Assembly (NCBI GenBank): GCA_963766735.1
Contig: CAVYBU010000003.1
Span: 64,001 to 128,000, forward strand
Reading direction: 5' to 3'
Source: an uncultured Chloroflexia bacterium
GTDB taxonomy: Bacteria > Chloroflexota > Limnocylindria > Limnocylindrales > CSP1-4
Length of the DNA stretch: 64,000 bases
In this document: in pieces, positions 26,062 through 34,684 of the stretch
Layout of the letters: the number at the start of each line of letters is the position of its first letter
Numbering within the stretch: the first letter of the stretch is position 1
Translations under genes and position numbers: made by a program
Notes under the pieces: generated by a model
Seen by the model: the letters and a program-made list of their open reading frames with translations, nothing else
What the model was told of the DNA's origin: nothing
Databases searched by the model: none

Positions 26062-27063
26062 ATGAGCGAATACCAGGAGTTCACCGGCAAGTCGGTCGAG
26101 GAGGCGATCAAGCTCGCCTGCGACGAGTTCTCAGTGGGACTGGGCGACCTCGACTTCGAGATCCTCACGCCCGGCAGCCGCGGCGTGCTGGGTATGGGCG
26201 CCGAGCCCGCCCGGATCGTCGCTGCGCCGCGCAGCGCACTCGGCGGGGCTGCGCCCAAGCGGGAGGCGGCCCAGTCCAAGCCGCTTCCGGCGCCACCCCC
26301 CAGCGAGGATCGCGGCGGCGCCGAGGGCGGCCCGCGGCCGCCCGATCGTGACCGCGGCCCCCGGCGCGACGACCGCGGCCCCCGGCGCGACGATCGCCCG
26401 GCCGGCGGCAGGCCCCCGCGCCGCGACGACCGTGGACCCCGCCGCGACGACCGGCCCCCGCGCCGCGACGATCGCCCGGCCGACGTTCCCGCTCGCGGCC
26501 CCTCGGAGCTGACCGCTGCCGAGGCCGCGCAGGTCGCTTCGGCTCGCGGCTCGCTCGCGATGGAGCGGGCGGAGCTTGAGGCCGCAGAGGCCACGCCCGA
26601 GGCTCTCGCAGCCGGTCGCGAGATCCTCGAGACGCTCATGGGCCACCTCGGCTTCGAGGGCGTCACGGTGGAGATCCGCGAGGGCGAGACCAGCCGACTC
26701 AACGTCGTCGGCGACGGCGCCGACCGTGAGGCCCTGGGCTCCCTCATCGGCCGCAAGGGGGAGCGCCTGTCGGCACTCCAGCACCTCGTGAACCTGATGC
26801 TTTCCCGTCGCACGGGCCAGTGGACCCGCGTGCTCGTGGATGTCGAGGACTACCGCGGCCGCCGTGAGCGGCAGCTGGCGGATCTCGCGGAGCGCGCCGC
26901 CCAGCGTGTGGTCGAGACCGGCAAGATGCTCCAGCTGGACCCCATGCCCGCCCTCGAGCGGCGCTGGATCCACCTCGCCCTGCGCGACAACGCGGACGTG
27001 TCCACCCAGTCGATCGGCGAGGAGCCGAACCGTCGCGTGGTGGTCCTCCCGCGCAACGTCTAG
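26062..27063 (+). CDS. jag: Jag/EloR (KhpB) RNA-binding protein
   Basis: Jag_N (FTGKSVEEA), KH (LIGRKGE.L.ALQ), R3H (ERRWIH) domains. Confidence 0.93.
   Translation: MSEYQEFTGKSVEEAIKLACDEFSVGLGDLDFEILTPGSRGVLGMGAEPARIVAAPRSALGGAAPKREAAQSKPLPAPPPSEDRGGAEGGPRPPDRDRGPRRDDRGPRRDDRPAGGRPPRRDDRGPRRDDRPPRRDDRPADVPARGPSELTAAEAAQVASARGSLAMERAELEAAEATPEALAAGREILETLMGHLGFEGVTVEIREGETSRLNVVGDGADREALGSLIGRKGERLSALQHLVNLMLSRRTGQWTRVLVDVEDYRGRRERQLADLAERAAQRVVETGKMLQLDPMPALERRWIHLALRDNADVSTQSIGEEPNRRVVVLPRNV
26341..26480 (+). repeat. imperfect coding tandem repeat (PRRDDR units) in the Jag linker
   Basis: CCCCG(G/C)CGCGACGA(C/T)CG repeated about 5 times. Confidence 0.8.
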
Positions 27064-27190
27064 CTGCCACTGGGCGTCACAACGGGGTCGGCCGGAACCA
27101 GGGGGTCAACGCGCGTGCGTTGATTCGCGACGATAATCCCCCGAGCCGACCACCCGTCCCGGTGACGACCCGCCGCATTCGAGAGTATCG

Positions 27191-29077
27191 ATGACCACAG
27201 AACCCACCCCTGCATCCCCCGGCCACGGCCGCTCCACTCGCCTCCGCTTCGCCGTCGCCTTCGTCCTGGGCGTGGCGCTCGTGGTCGGCGCCGGTGGTGG
27301 CGCCCTGTACGCCTATGGCCAGCAGTTCACCGGCAGGATCCTTCCCGGCGTCCATGTCGGCGACACGGATCTCTCCGGCCTCTCGCCGGAGGCGACGGTC
27401 GCGACCCTCGAGGCCGCCTACGGCTCGCTCGCGACGGGGCAGGTGCTGCTCGCCGGCCCGGACGGGGACCTCACGATCGGCTATGCCGAGCTGGGGCGGC
27501 GTCCCGATACCACCGCAATGGTGGAGGCCGCCCTCGCCGCGGGGCGCCGCGGGGAACCCGTCGCAGACCTGATCGGCGCACCGCAGACCGCCATCCGGGG
27601 CGTGACGCTCGAGCCCTCCGTCACCCACGATCCGGCGCGCCTCACCGAGGCGGTGGACGCCGTCGCGAAGGCCATCAACCGGACCCCGGTGAATGCGACC
27701 GTCGCCGTGGAGGATGACGGGACCTACACGACCACCCCGTCCGTGGAGGGCCGGGTCGTGGACCGCGCCGCCCTGACTGCCGCCATCGTCGCGGCGATCA
27801 GCACCCTCGGAGCCCCGGCTGCGCTCCGCCTCGAGGTGCCGCTCACGACCGGCGCACCCACCATCGAGACCGCTGAGGTGGAGGCTGCCACGGCCGCCGC
27901 CGACCGGATGGCCACCGATCTCGTGCTGACCCGCGGCGAGGAAGCCTGGACCATCCCGGCCGCCAGCATCCGCAAGCTCATCTCATTCGCCCCCACCTCC
28001 GACGGCGGCGTCGTCCCGGTGCTGGACGAGACCGGCATCGACCCTCTTCTCAAGCCCGTTGCCAAGACGGTCAACCAGAGCGCCAAGAGCGCCGGGTTGA
28101 AGGTCAGCGGCGACAAGATCGTCGCCGTCGGGTCGAGCCGGGAGGGCCGCAAGCTGGACACGGCGGCCACACGAGCGGTGGTCGTTGACGCGCTGGCGGC
28201 GCGTCAGGACGGTACGGAGGTGCCGGTGCTGGAGCCCGTCGTGGCAACCACGCAGCCCGGCTTGACCACCGCGGAGGCGAAGGCCGCTGCGCCGAAGATG
28301 AAGGTGGTCGGCCAGCACACGACCTGGTTCCAGATCTACGTCAACAATGGTTTCGGGGCCAACATCTGGATCCCGGCCAAGCTGATCAACGGGTACGTCG
28401 TCGAACCGGGCGAGACGTTCGACTTCTGGAAGGCCGTGGGCGACGTCACCCGGGCGCAGGGATTCAAGCAGGGCGGCGCGATCATCAACGGCAAGACGGA
28501 GCCCCAGGGCGCGCTCGCCGGCGGCATCTGCTCCTGCTCGACGACCCTGTTCAACGCGGCCCTCAAGGCCGGCATGAAGATGGGCGCTCGGCGAAACCAC
28601 TATTACTACATCGACCGCTACCCGACCGGCCTCGATGCCACCGTGTTCAAGTCCGACGGCGGCTCGACGCAGACGATGAGCTTCACGAACGACACGAAGC
28701 ACCCCGTCCTGATCCGCGGCATCAACACCCGCAGTGGCAGCAAGGGCTACGTCACCTTCAAGCTGTACAGCGTGCCGACCGGGCGCAGGGTCGTCATCTC
28801 CAAGCCCACCATCAAGAACCGGACCACCGCGACGGACACCCGCCAGCTCACGAGCAGCCTGCCGAGGGGGACCACCAAGCGCGTGGAGTACCCGGTCAAC
28901 GGCATGGACGTGTGGCGCACGGTCACGGTCTACGAGGGCGGCAACGTCCTGCGCAAGAAGACCTACTACTCGCACTACGCGACCATCACCGGGATCCTCC
29001 AGGTCGGTACGGCCGGCCCGGCTCCCAAGCCGGCCCCTGCCCCGACACCGACACCGACACCGACACCGGCCCCCTGA
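27191..29077 (+). CDS. VanW-family cell-envelope protein (N-terminal TM, PG-binding-4 repeats, VanW domain, G5-like domain)
   Basis: PGETFDF, AGGICSCSTTLFNAAL, RRNH, GLDATV, FTNDT; (PT)n tail. Confidence 0.85.
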   Translation: MTTEPTPASPGHGRSTRLRFAVAFVLGVALVVGAGGGALYAYGQQFTGRILPGVHVGDTDLSGLSPEATVATLEAAYGSLATGQVLLAGPDGDLTIGYAELGRRPDTTAMVEAALAAGRRGEPVADLIGAPQTAIRGVTLEPSVTHDPARLTEAVDAVAKAINRTPVNATVAVEDDGTYTTTPSVEGRVVDRAALTAAIVAAISTLGAPAALRLEVPLTTGAPTIETAEVEAATAAADRMATDLVLTRGEEAWTIPAASIRKLISFAPTSDGGVVPVLDETGIDPLLKPVAKTVNQSAKSAGLKVSGDKIVAVGSSREGRKLDTAATRAVVVDALAARQDGTEVPVLEPVVATTQPGLTTAEAKAAAPKMKVVGQHTTWFQIYVNNGFGANIWIPAKLINGYVVEPGETFDFWKAVGDVTRAQGFKQGGAIINGKTEPQGALAGGICSCSTTLFNAALKAGMKMGARRNHYYYIDRYPTGLDATVFKSDGGSTQTMSFTNDTKHPVLIRGINTRSGSKGYVTFKLYSVPTGRRVVISKPTIKNRTTATDTRQLTSSLPRGTTKRVEYPVNGMDVWRTVTVYEGGNVLRKKTYYSHYATITGILQVGTAGPAPKPAPAPTPTPTPTPAP

Positions 29078-29703
29078 ACGCAGACCTCTTCGTCCGCGGT
29101 CTCGCGGTCGGCTTTGCCGTCGCGTTCGCACTCGGTCCGATCGGCCTGCTGGTCATCCGCCGGACCATCGATCGGGGCTGGGGGTACGGGTTCGTCTCGG
29201 GGCTCGGGGTCGCGACTGCCGACGCCGCGTACGGGGCGATCGCCGCGTTCGGGCTCACCGCGCTCACGGAGGCCCTGGTCGGGATCGACCGTGCGCTGGG
29301 GATCGTGGGCGGCGCGATCCTGGTCCTGATGGCCGTGCGCGCGCTCGGCTCGGCGTTGGGCAACCCGGCCGCTGAGGCGCAGCAGGACACCCACCGCCCC
29401 GGCGGCCCGGCGAGGGCCTTCGCGACGATGGTGGCCCTCACGCTCACCAACCCCGCGACGATCCTCTCGTTCGCGGCGCTGTTCGCGAGCATCGGGGCAG
29501 GCACGGGCGGCCCCACGGGGGCGCTCCTGGTCGTTGCCGGGGTCTTCATCGGGTCCGTGACCTGGTGGGCGATCCTCACGGGCGCTGTCGCCGGGCTGCG
29601 CGCCCGCCTCACGCCGGCCGTCGTCCGTGCGCTGAACGTGGGATCGGCGGTGATCATCGGGGCGTTCGGCGTTGCGGCCATGGCGTTCGGGATCGCCGGG
29701 TAG
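29074..29703 (+). CDS. LysE/RhtB family amino-acid exporter (CTG start inferred)
   Basis: GLAVGF...LGPIG, G...GLG.A.AD, LTLTNP.TI, GS..WW. Confidence 0.85.
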   Translation: MNADLFVRGLAVGFAVAFALGPIGLLVIRRTIDRGWGYGFVSGLGVATADAAYGAIAAFGLTALTEALVGIDRALGIVGGAILVLMAVRALGSALGNPAAEAQQDTHRPGGPARAFATMVALTLTNPATILSFAALFASIGAGTGGPTGALLVVAGVFIGSVTWWAILTGAVAGLRARLTPAVVRALNVGSAVIIGAFGVAAMAFGIAG

Positions 29704-29741
29704 GGGACCCGCGCCGGCCCGGTCTCCCCTACGATCGGGAG

Positions 29742-30479
29742 GTGACGAAGCCGCACCTCCCCGATGCCGTCCTGTTCGACTGGGACGGCACGCTCGTCGA
29801 CACGATGTCGATGATCTATCGCGCCAACGTCGTGGCCCTTCGCGCCTACGGCATCGAGATGAGCCGCAGCTGGTTCCGGGAGCGCTACACGCCGGATTGG
29901 CGCCGCTCCTACCAGGAGCTCGGGATCCCGGAGCACCTGTGGGACGAGATGGCGGCCCGCTGGGCGGTCGAGATGGCCGGCATGCGGCCGCGAGCCATGC
30001 CCTGGGCACGAGGGGCGCTCCGGAGGCTCCGGTCGCACGGGATCCGGGTGGGCCTGGTGACCGCGTCCACGCGTGGCGTCGTGGAGCCGAGCATCGCTCG
30101 ACTGAACCTGGACGGGGTGTTCGAGGTGGCCCTCTACTCGGACGACGTCGCCCTGTCCAAGCCTCACCCTGAGGCGCTGCTCAGGGCCCTCGACGAGCTC
30201 GGGGTCGGACCCGCGGCCACGGTGTACGTGGGGGACACGCCGGTCGACCTGGAGATGACGCGTGCGGCTGGTGCGTCATTCGTGGCGGTCGGCACGACCA
30301 CGCCGGAGGAGGTCTTCCGGGCCGCGGGCGTGGACCACGTGTGGGGCGGCGTCGGCGAATGGACGGACGACCTCCTGGGCCCTGGCAATTCGAGCCGGGC
30401 GAAGGGCCGCCGCGACCCGGCACCCAGTCCGAGCGGCACGGTCGTGGACGCCGAGGCCGGGGATAGCATCGTGCGATGA
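29742..30479 (+). CDS. HAD-superfamily hydrolase (phosphoglycolate phosphatase-like)
   Basis: FDWDGTL, VTA, KPHPE, YVGDT..D. Confidence 0.88.
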   Translation: MTKPHLPDAVLFDWDGTLVDTMSMIYRANVVALRAYGIEMSRSWFRERYTPDWRRSYQELGIPEHLWDEMAARWAVEMAGMRPRAMPWARGALRRLRSHGIRVGLVTASTRGVVEPSIARLNLDGVFEVALYSDDVALSKPHPEALLRALDELGVGPAATVYVGDTPVDLEMTRAAGASFVAVGTTTPEEVFRAAGVDHVWGGVGEWTDDLLGPGNSSRAKGRRDPAPSPSGTVVDAEAGDSIVR

Positions 30480-32824
30480 CCCGGTTGCTCTCCGCTCTCG
30501 GCTCGCTGGCCGAGCGCGTCATGCTGCCCCTCACCCTCGGTGGGCTCATCCTCGGGCTGGTTGCGACGGCTGCCGGCCAGGACTCGCTGGCCTGGTGGGC
30601 ATGGACGGTTCCGGCAGCCATCGTCGGTGTCTGGCTGGTCGCGTCGATCATCGCGGACCTGCTCCGGCACGAGGCGGGCGTGGACGTCATCGCCGTCCTG
30701 GCGATCGGGGGTGCCCTGCTGCTCGGGGAGTCCCTGGCGGCCGCGGTCATCGCGGTGATGCTCGCGACCGGGGACTGGCTGGAGCGATACGCCGCCGGCC
30801 GGGCGCATCGCGAGCTCTCGGCGCTGATCTCCCGCGCCCCGCGCATCGTCCACCGCCACGAGGGAGGGTCCATCGTGGACCACCCGATCGCGGCGGTCGA
30901 GGTTGGCGACCGGATCCTGGTCAAGCCGGGCGAGGTGGTCCCGGTGGACGGCAACGTGACGGGCAGCCCGGCCGTGCTGGACGAGGCCGCGCTGACCGGC
31001 GAGGCGCGCCTGGTCACGCGCGAGGCCGGCGACCCGGTCAGCTCCGGCACAGTCAACGCCGGCGCCCCGTTCGACCTCCATGCAACTGCGACCGCGGAGC
31101 ACAGCACCTACGCCGGAATCGTCCGCCTGGTCGAGGAGGCGCAAGCATCGAAGGCTCCGTTCGTCCGGCTGGCAGACCGGTACGCCCTGCTGTTCGTCCC
31201 GCTTGCCCTCGGCATGGCGGGACTGGCCTGGCTCCTCTCCGGCGATCCCGTTCGAGCGCTGGCGGTCCTCGTGGTCGCGACGCCGTGCCCCCTGTTGCTC
31301 GCAGTGCCGATCGCGATCGTGGCCGGGATCAGCAGGGCGGCCCGCCGGGGGATCATCGTCAAGGGCGGTGGGGCGCTGGAGTCGCTCGCCCGGGCACGCG
31401 TCCTGCTGTTTGACAAGACCGGGACGCTGACGGCCGGCCGTCCTCACCTGACGGACGTGGTCACCGAGCCCGGCTGGACCCCGGACGAGGTGGTGGCCCT
31501 GGCCGCTTCCCTGGAACAGGTGTCGCCGCACGTGCTGGCCGCCTCGATCGTCGGGGGCGCCCGCGAGCGCGGCGTCGCCCTCGCCCTGCCCGAGGACGTC
31601 GTCGAGACACCCGGGTTCGGTGTCTCGGGTTGTGTCGGCGGCCGTGTGGTGATCGCCGGCACGTCCGACTTTGCCAGCGGGGGGGCCGGGCTGCCCGGCT
31701 GGGCGCGTGACATCCGGCGGCGCGTGAGCCTCGAGGGCGCCACCAGCGTGTTCGTGAGCGTGGACGGTGTGCTGGTGGGAGCACTCGTGCTCGAGGATCC
31801 GATCCGCCCCGAGTCGCCGAGGGTCATTCGCTCGCTCCGGCGCGCCGGTGTCCGGCGCACGGTCATGGTGACCGGGGATCACTACGGCGTCGCCGACATG
31901 GTCGCCGCGGCGATCGGCGTGGACGCCGTGCTGGCGGAGCGCACGCCGGCCGACAAGGTGGACGCGGTCGCCGATGAGCGCGCGGACGCCGACGGCATCC
32001 TGGTGATGGTCGGTGACGGGATCAACGATGCCCCGGCCCTGGCCGCGGCCGACGTCGGGGTGGCGATGGGCGCCCGGGGAGCGACGGCCAGCTCCGAGGC
32101 CGCGGACATCGTCATCACCGTGGACCGCCTGGACCGCCTCCCGGAGGCGATCCGGATCGCTCGTCGATCGAGGCTGATCGCCATTCAGAGCGTGGTCGTC
32201 GGCATGGGCCTGTCCATCGCCGCGATGCTGTTCGCGATGACCGGGGCCCTGCCGCCCGTGGCGGGTGCGCTGCTCCAGGAGGCGATCGATGTCATCGTGA
32301 TCCTCAACGCCCTGCGGGCGCTCTCCGGCGGCCTCGAGAAGACCCCCAGGATCCCCGGCTGGACGGAGATCAGCATCCGCCTGCACAACGAGCACCGCGA
32401 GCTCGCTCCGTCCCTCGCCCGGATCCGCGCCCTCGCAGACGGGCTCGGATCCATGCCTCCGGCGCGCGCGCGCGATGAGCTGCAGCAGATCCGCTCATTC
32501 CTCACCGGGACGCTCATCCCGCACGAGGAGGACGAGGACCGCGAGATCTTCCCGCTCGTCGCGACCGCGATGGGAAACGATGATGCGACCTCCTCCCTGC
32601 ACCGGACGCACACCGAGATCTTCCACCTGATCCGCTTCATGGACCGACTGGTGGCGGAGGTCCCGGAAGAGGGCCCCGGCCCCGAGGATCTCAACGACCT
32701 GCGCCGCGTGCTCTACGGCCTGGATGCCATCCTGCGACTCCACATGGCGCAGGAGGAGGAGCTGTACCTGGCACTCGGCGACGAGCATCCGCAGGCAGCC
32801 CCGGTCGCGGCCAAGGCCGCCTGA
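30476..32824 (+). CDS. heavy-metal P1B-type ATPase with C-terminal hemerythrin domain (P1B-5-like)
   Basis: TGE, TPCP, DKTGT, TGD, GDGINDAP, QEAID; C-terminal H..EH, HEEDE, H, HMAQEE hemerythrin ligands. Confidence 0.9.
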   Translation: MTRLLSALGSLAERVMLPLTLGGLILGLVATAAGQDSLAWWAWTVPAAIVGVWLVASIIADLLRHEAGVDVIAVLAIGGALLLGESLAAAVIAVMLATGDWLERYAAGRAHRELSALISRAPRIVHRHEGGSIVDHPIAAVEVGDRILVKPGEVVPVDGNVTGSPAVLDEAALTGEARLVTREAGDPVSSGTVNAGAPFDLHATATAEHSTYAGIVRLVEEAQASKAPFVRLADRYALLFVPLALGMAGLAWLLSGDPVRALAVLVVATPCPLLLAVPIAIVAGISRAARRGIIVKGGGALESLARARVLLFDKTGTLTAGRPHLTDVVTEPGWTPDEVVALAASLEQVSPHVLAASIVGGARERGVALALPEDVVETPGFGVSGCVGGRVVIAGTSDFASGGAGLPGWARDIRRRVSLEGATSVFVSVDGVLVGALVLEDPIRPESPRVIRSLRRAGVRRTVMVTGDHYGVADMVAAAIGVDAVLAERTPADKVDAVADERADADGILVMVGDGINDAPALAAADVGVAMGARGATASSEAADIVITVDRLDRLPEAIRIARRSRLIAIQSVVVGMGLSIAAMLFAMTGALPPVAGALLQEAIDVIVILNALRALSGGLEKTPRIPGWTEISIRLHNEHRELAPSLARIRALADGLGSMPPARARDELQQIRSFLTGTLIPHEEDEDREIFPLVATAMGNDDATSSLHRTHTEIFHLIRFMDRLVAEVPEEGPGPEDLNDLRRVLYGLDAILRLHMAQEEELYLALGDEHPQAAPVAAKAA

Positions 32825-32846
32825 ACTGGGCTGGGGGCGCCTCCGA

Positions 32847-33860
32847 TCAGGATCGGCCTCCGCCAGCCTCCCGGATCGCACACGTCAGGCGGTGCGTGAG
32901 CAGCGCGTCCCCGTAGCTGCTGAACAGACGTCCCGCGTCGCCGTGCTCGATGGCGTCGAGGAACGCCCGATCCTCGTCACGGAACGGGTCGTTGCCGGTC
33001 GGCACGTAGCGGGTCGCCGTCACGCCCCACTGCCGGCTGCCGGTGAAGCCGTCGGTCGCGGTCACCGCCTTCGTGCGCGCGTCCTCGTACAGGACCCCCT
33101 GCTGGCGGATCGTTATCGCCAGGCCGTCCGCGAACAGGCGGACCTCCTGGGCGCTCGTTCCACCCAGGATGCACGTGGCGGTGAACGTGCCGACGGGACC
33201 GGCGTCGTAGCGGACGATGGCGGTGCTGACGTCGGCCACGGTGATGTCGGGGTGATCGGGGTGCTCGTGTCGATCCGCGGTGGCGCCGACCACCGTGGCC
33301 TCGCCCAGGAGCAGACGGGAGAGGTCGACGAGGTGGGTGGCCTGCTCCACCATCTGCCCTCCGCCGCGGCCCTCGTCACGCCACCACGCCGGGCCGGGCA
33401 GGCTGTCGTGCCAGTGGCCGTTGAGGAGCTTGACCGGGTTGGCAGCGATCAGGTCCTCGACCTCGCGCAGCGTGTCCATCGCCCGCCAGTGATAGGCCAC
33501 TCCGGCGACAACACCGGCCTTCTCGATGGCTGCCGCGATCCGCTCGGGCGTCTCGGCATCTGCGGCAAGCGGCTTCTCCGTGAACAGGTGGACCCCGCGC
33601 TCGATCAGCACCAGCTCCAGCTCGCCGTGCTGGTCGGGCGGAAGGCAGATCCAGGCCGCCTCGGGGCGCTCCCGGTCGAGCATGGCCTCGAGGTTGTCGT
33701 ACGGACGTCCGCCGAAGCGGTGCGCGGCGTCGTCCGCCTGTCCCGGTCGGCGGCCCAGGATTCCCACCAGCTCCACGTCCGGCTCAGAGCTCAGCACCTC
33801 GAGGTGGCGCTGCGCGATGAACCCGGGCCCGATGACGGCGACTCGCCGACGTCTTGTCAT
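32847..33860 (-). CDS. Gfo/Idh/MocA family oxidoreductase
   Basis: VAVIGPGFIA, EKP, GGGQMVEQATHLVD; ATG at 33860 after GGAG. Confidence 0.88.
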   Translation of the reverse strand: MTRRRRVAVIGPGFIAQRHLEVLSSEPDVELVGILGRRPGQADDAAHRFGGRPYDNLEAMLDRERPEAAWICLPPDQHGELELVLIERGVHLFTEKPLAADAETPERIAAAIEKAGVVAGVAYHWRAMDTLREVEDLIAANPVKLLNGHWHDSLPGPAWWRDEGRGGGQMVEQATHLVDLSRLLLGEATVVGATADRHEHPDHPDITVADVSTAIVRYDAGPVGTFTATCILGGTSAQEVRLFADGLAITIRQQGVLYEDARTKAVTATDGFTGSRQWGVTATRYVPTGNDPFRDEDRAFLDAIEHGDAGRLFSSYGDALLTHRLTCAIREAGGGRS

Positions 33861-34127
33861 GCTTGGTCTCCAGTGCGTGGCGCCCAGCGTACCCGGGGAC
33901 CCGGCAAGCGAGGGAGCCTGCCATGGCCAACGGATGTGGTCGCCGCGCGCCCTGCCCCCGGTTTCGCCACGCCCCGGATGCTCCACTCCACCGGGACGCC
34001 GCTCCACGCGATCGAGAACACGGGGGCGGACGAAATGGTGGTGATCTGCAGTGGGCACAAGCCGCCGGCCAACGGGGCTGACGGAGCCGGGCGGGCTGCG
34101 GGAGGCGCCGCGCCGGGGCAGACGTGT

Positions 34128-34499
34128 TGGTGGAGATGGGGGAGAGTCGAACTCCCCGTCCAGAACCCTTCGCCAGGACCCACTACGAGCGTGTCCGATG
34201 ATTTTCGTCAGCCGGTCGGACGCCCATCGGCAGGCTGCCGTCCGGCCCATCTACGTGTCCCTAGATCGGGCTTCGCTCCGGAGTACGTAACCTCGTCCGG
34301 GCTGCACCTTCGCTAAGTGACGCTTCCACGGCCCGCGAAGGGGAGGCCGCTTCCACGCTCACCTTACCGCCTAAGCGGCGAGGGCGAGAGCAGGCTGCTT
34401 GTTGGCAGTTACTTCGTTTTGCCGCCGGTTTAACGAGGCCTGGCGGCACCTCGGCTCGCGTTCCCTGGCAACCAAGCCCTGTCGAAACCACGCATCCCC
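34128..34499 (-). ncRNA. ssrA: tmRNA, tag peptide (A)ANKQPALALAA
   Basis: 5' GGGGAUG pairs with 3' CAUCUCC-ACCA with G3.U; UUCGAC near the 5' end; T-loop UUCGACU; tag ORF 34406-34371. Confidence 0.96.
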
Positions 34500-34528
34500 A
34501 CAGGACCGAACCACCGTTCGGGGAGCGA

Positions 34529-34537
34529 ATGGTAGCA
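34529..34537 (-). promoter_or_regulatory. extended -10 promoter element for ssrA
   Basis: TGcTACCAT about 30 nt upstream of the tmRNA 5' end. Confidence 0.5.
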
Positions 34538-34684
34538 CCGGACTGTGGTGGAGGCGCCCGGGCGGGAGACCCCGGACCACAGCCCCGGGCCTGGGCCCGG
34601 AAGCGCGGAGCCGGGCCTCGTCGGCGCGTTCGGGATATCCTCGGCGACATTGTTCACGGGCTCAAGGAGTGAAGGGAGGTGGCC

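Noticed and set aside
27106-27123. Palindrome TCAACGC-N4-GCGTTGA before vanW
   Set aside because: Single copy; cannot tell an operator from a jag terminator or chance
26341-29070. Short repeats in jag and at the vanW 3' end as CRISPR or mobile repeats
   Set aside because: In-frame coding low-complexity repeats with no unique spacers and no cas genes
27064-34127. Integrative element inserted at the tmRNA 3' end
   Set aside because: No integrase, no duplicated tmRNA 3' end seen, and composition looks like the core genes
34546-34575. tRNA/tmRNA 3'-end-like string (CCGGG...CCCGG GCGCCTCCACCA on the minus strand) as a possible att scar
   Set aside because: No TTC T-loop, it lies upstream rather than downstream of ssrA, and no integrase is nearby; compatible with chance in GC-rich DNA
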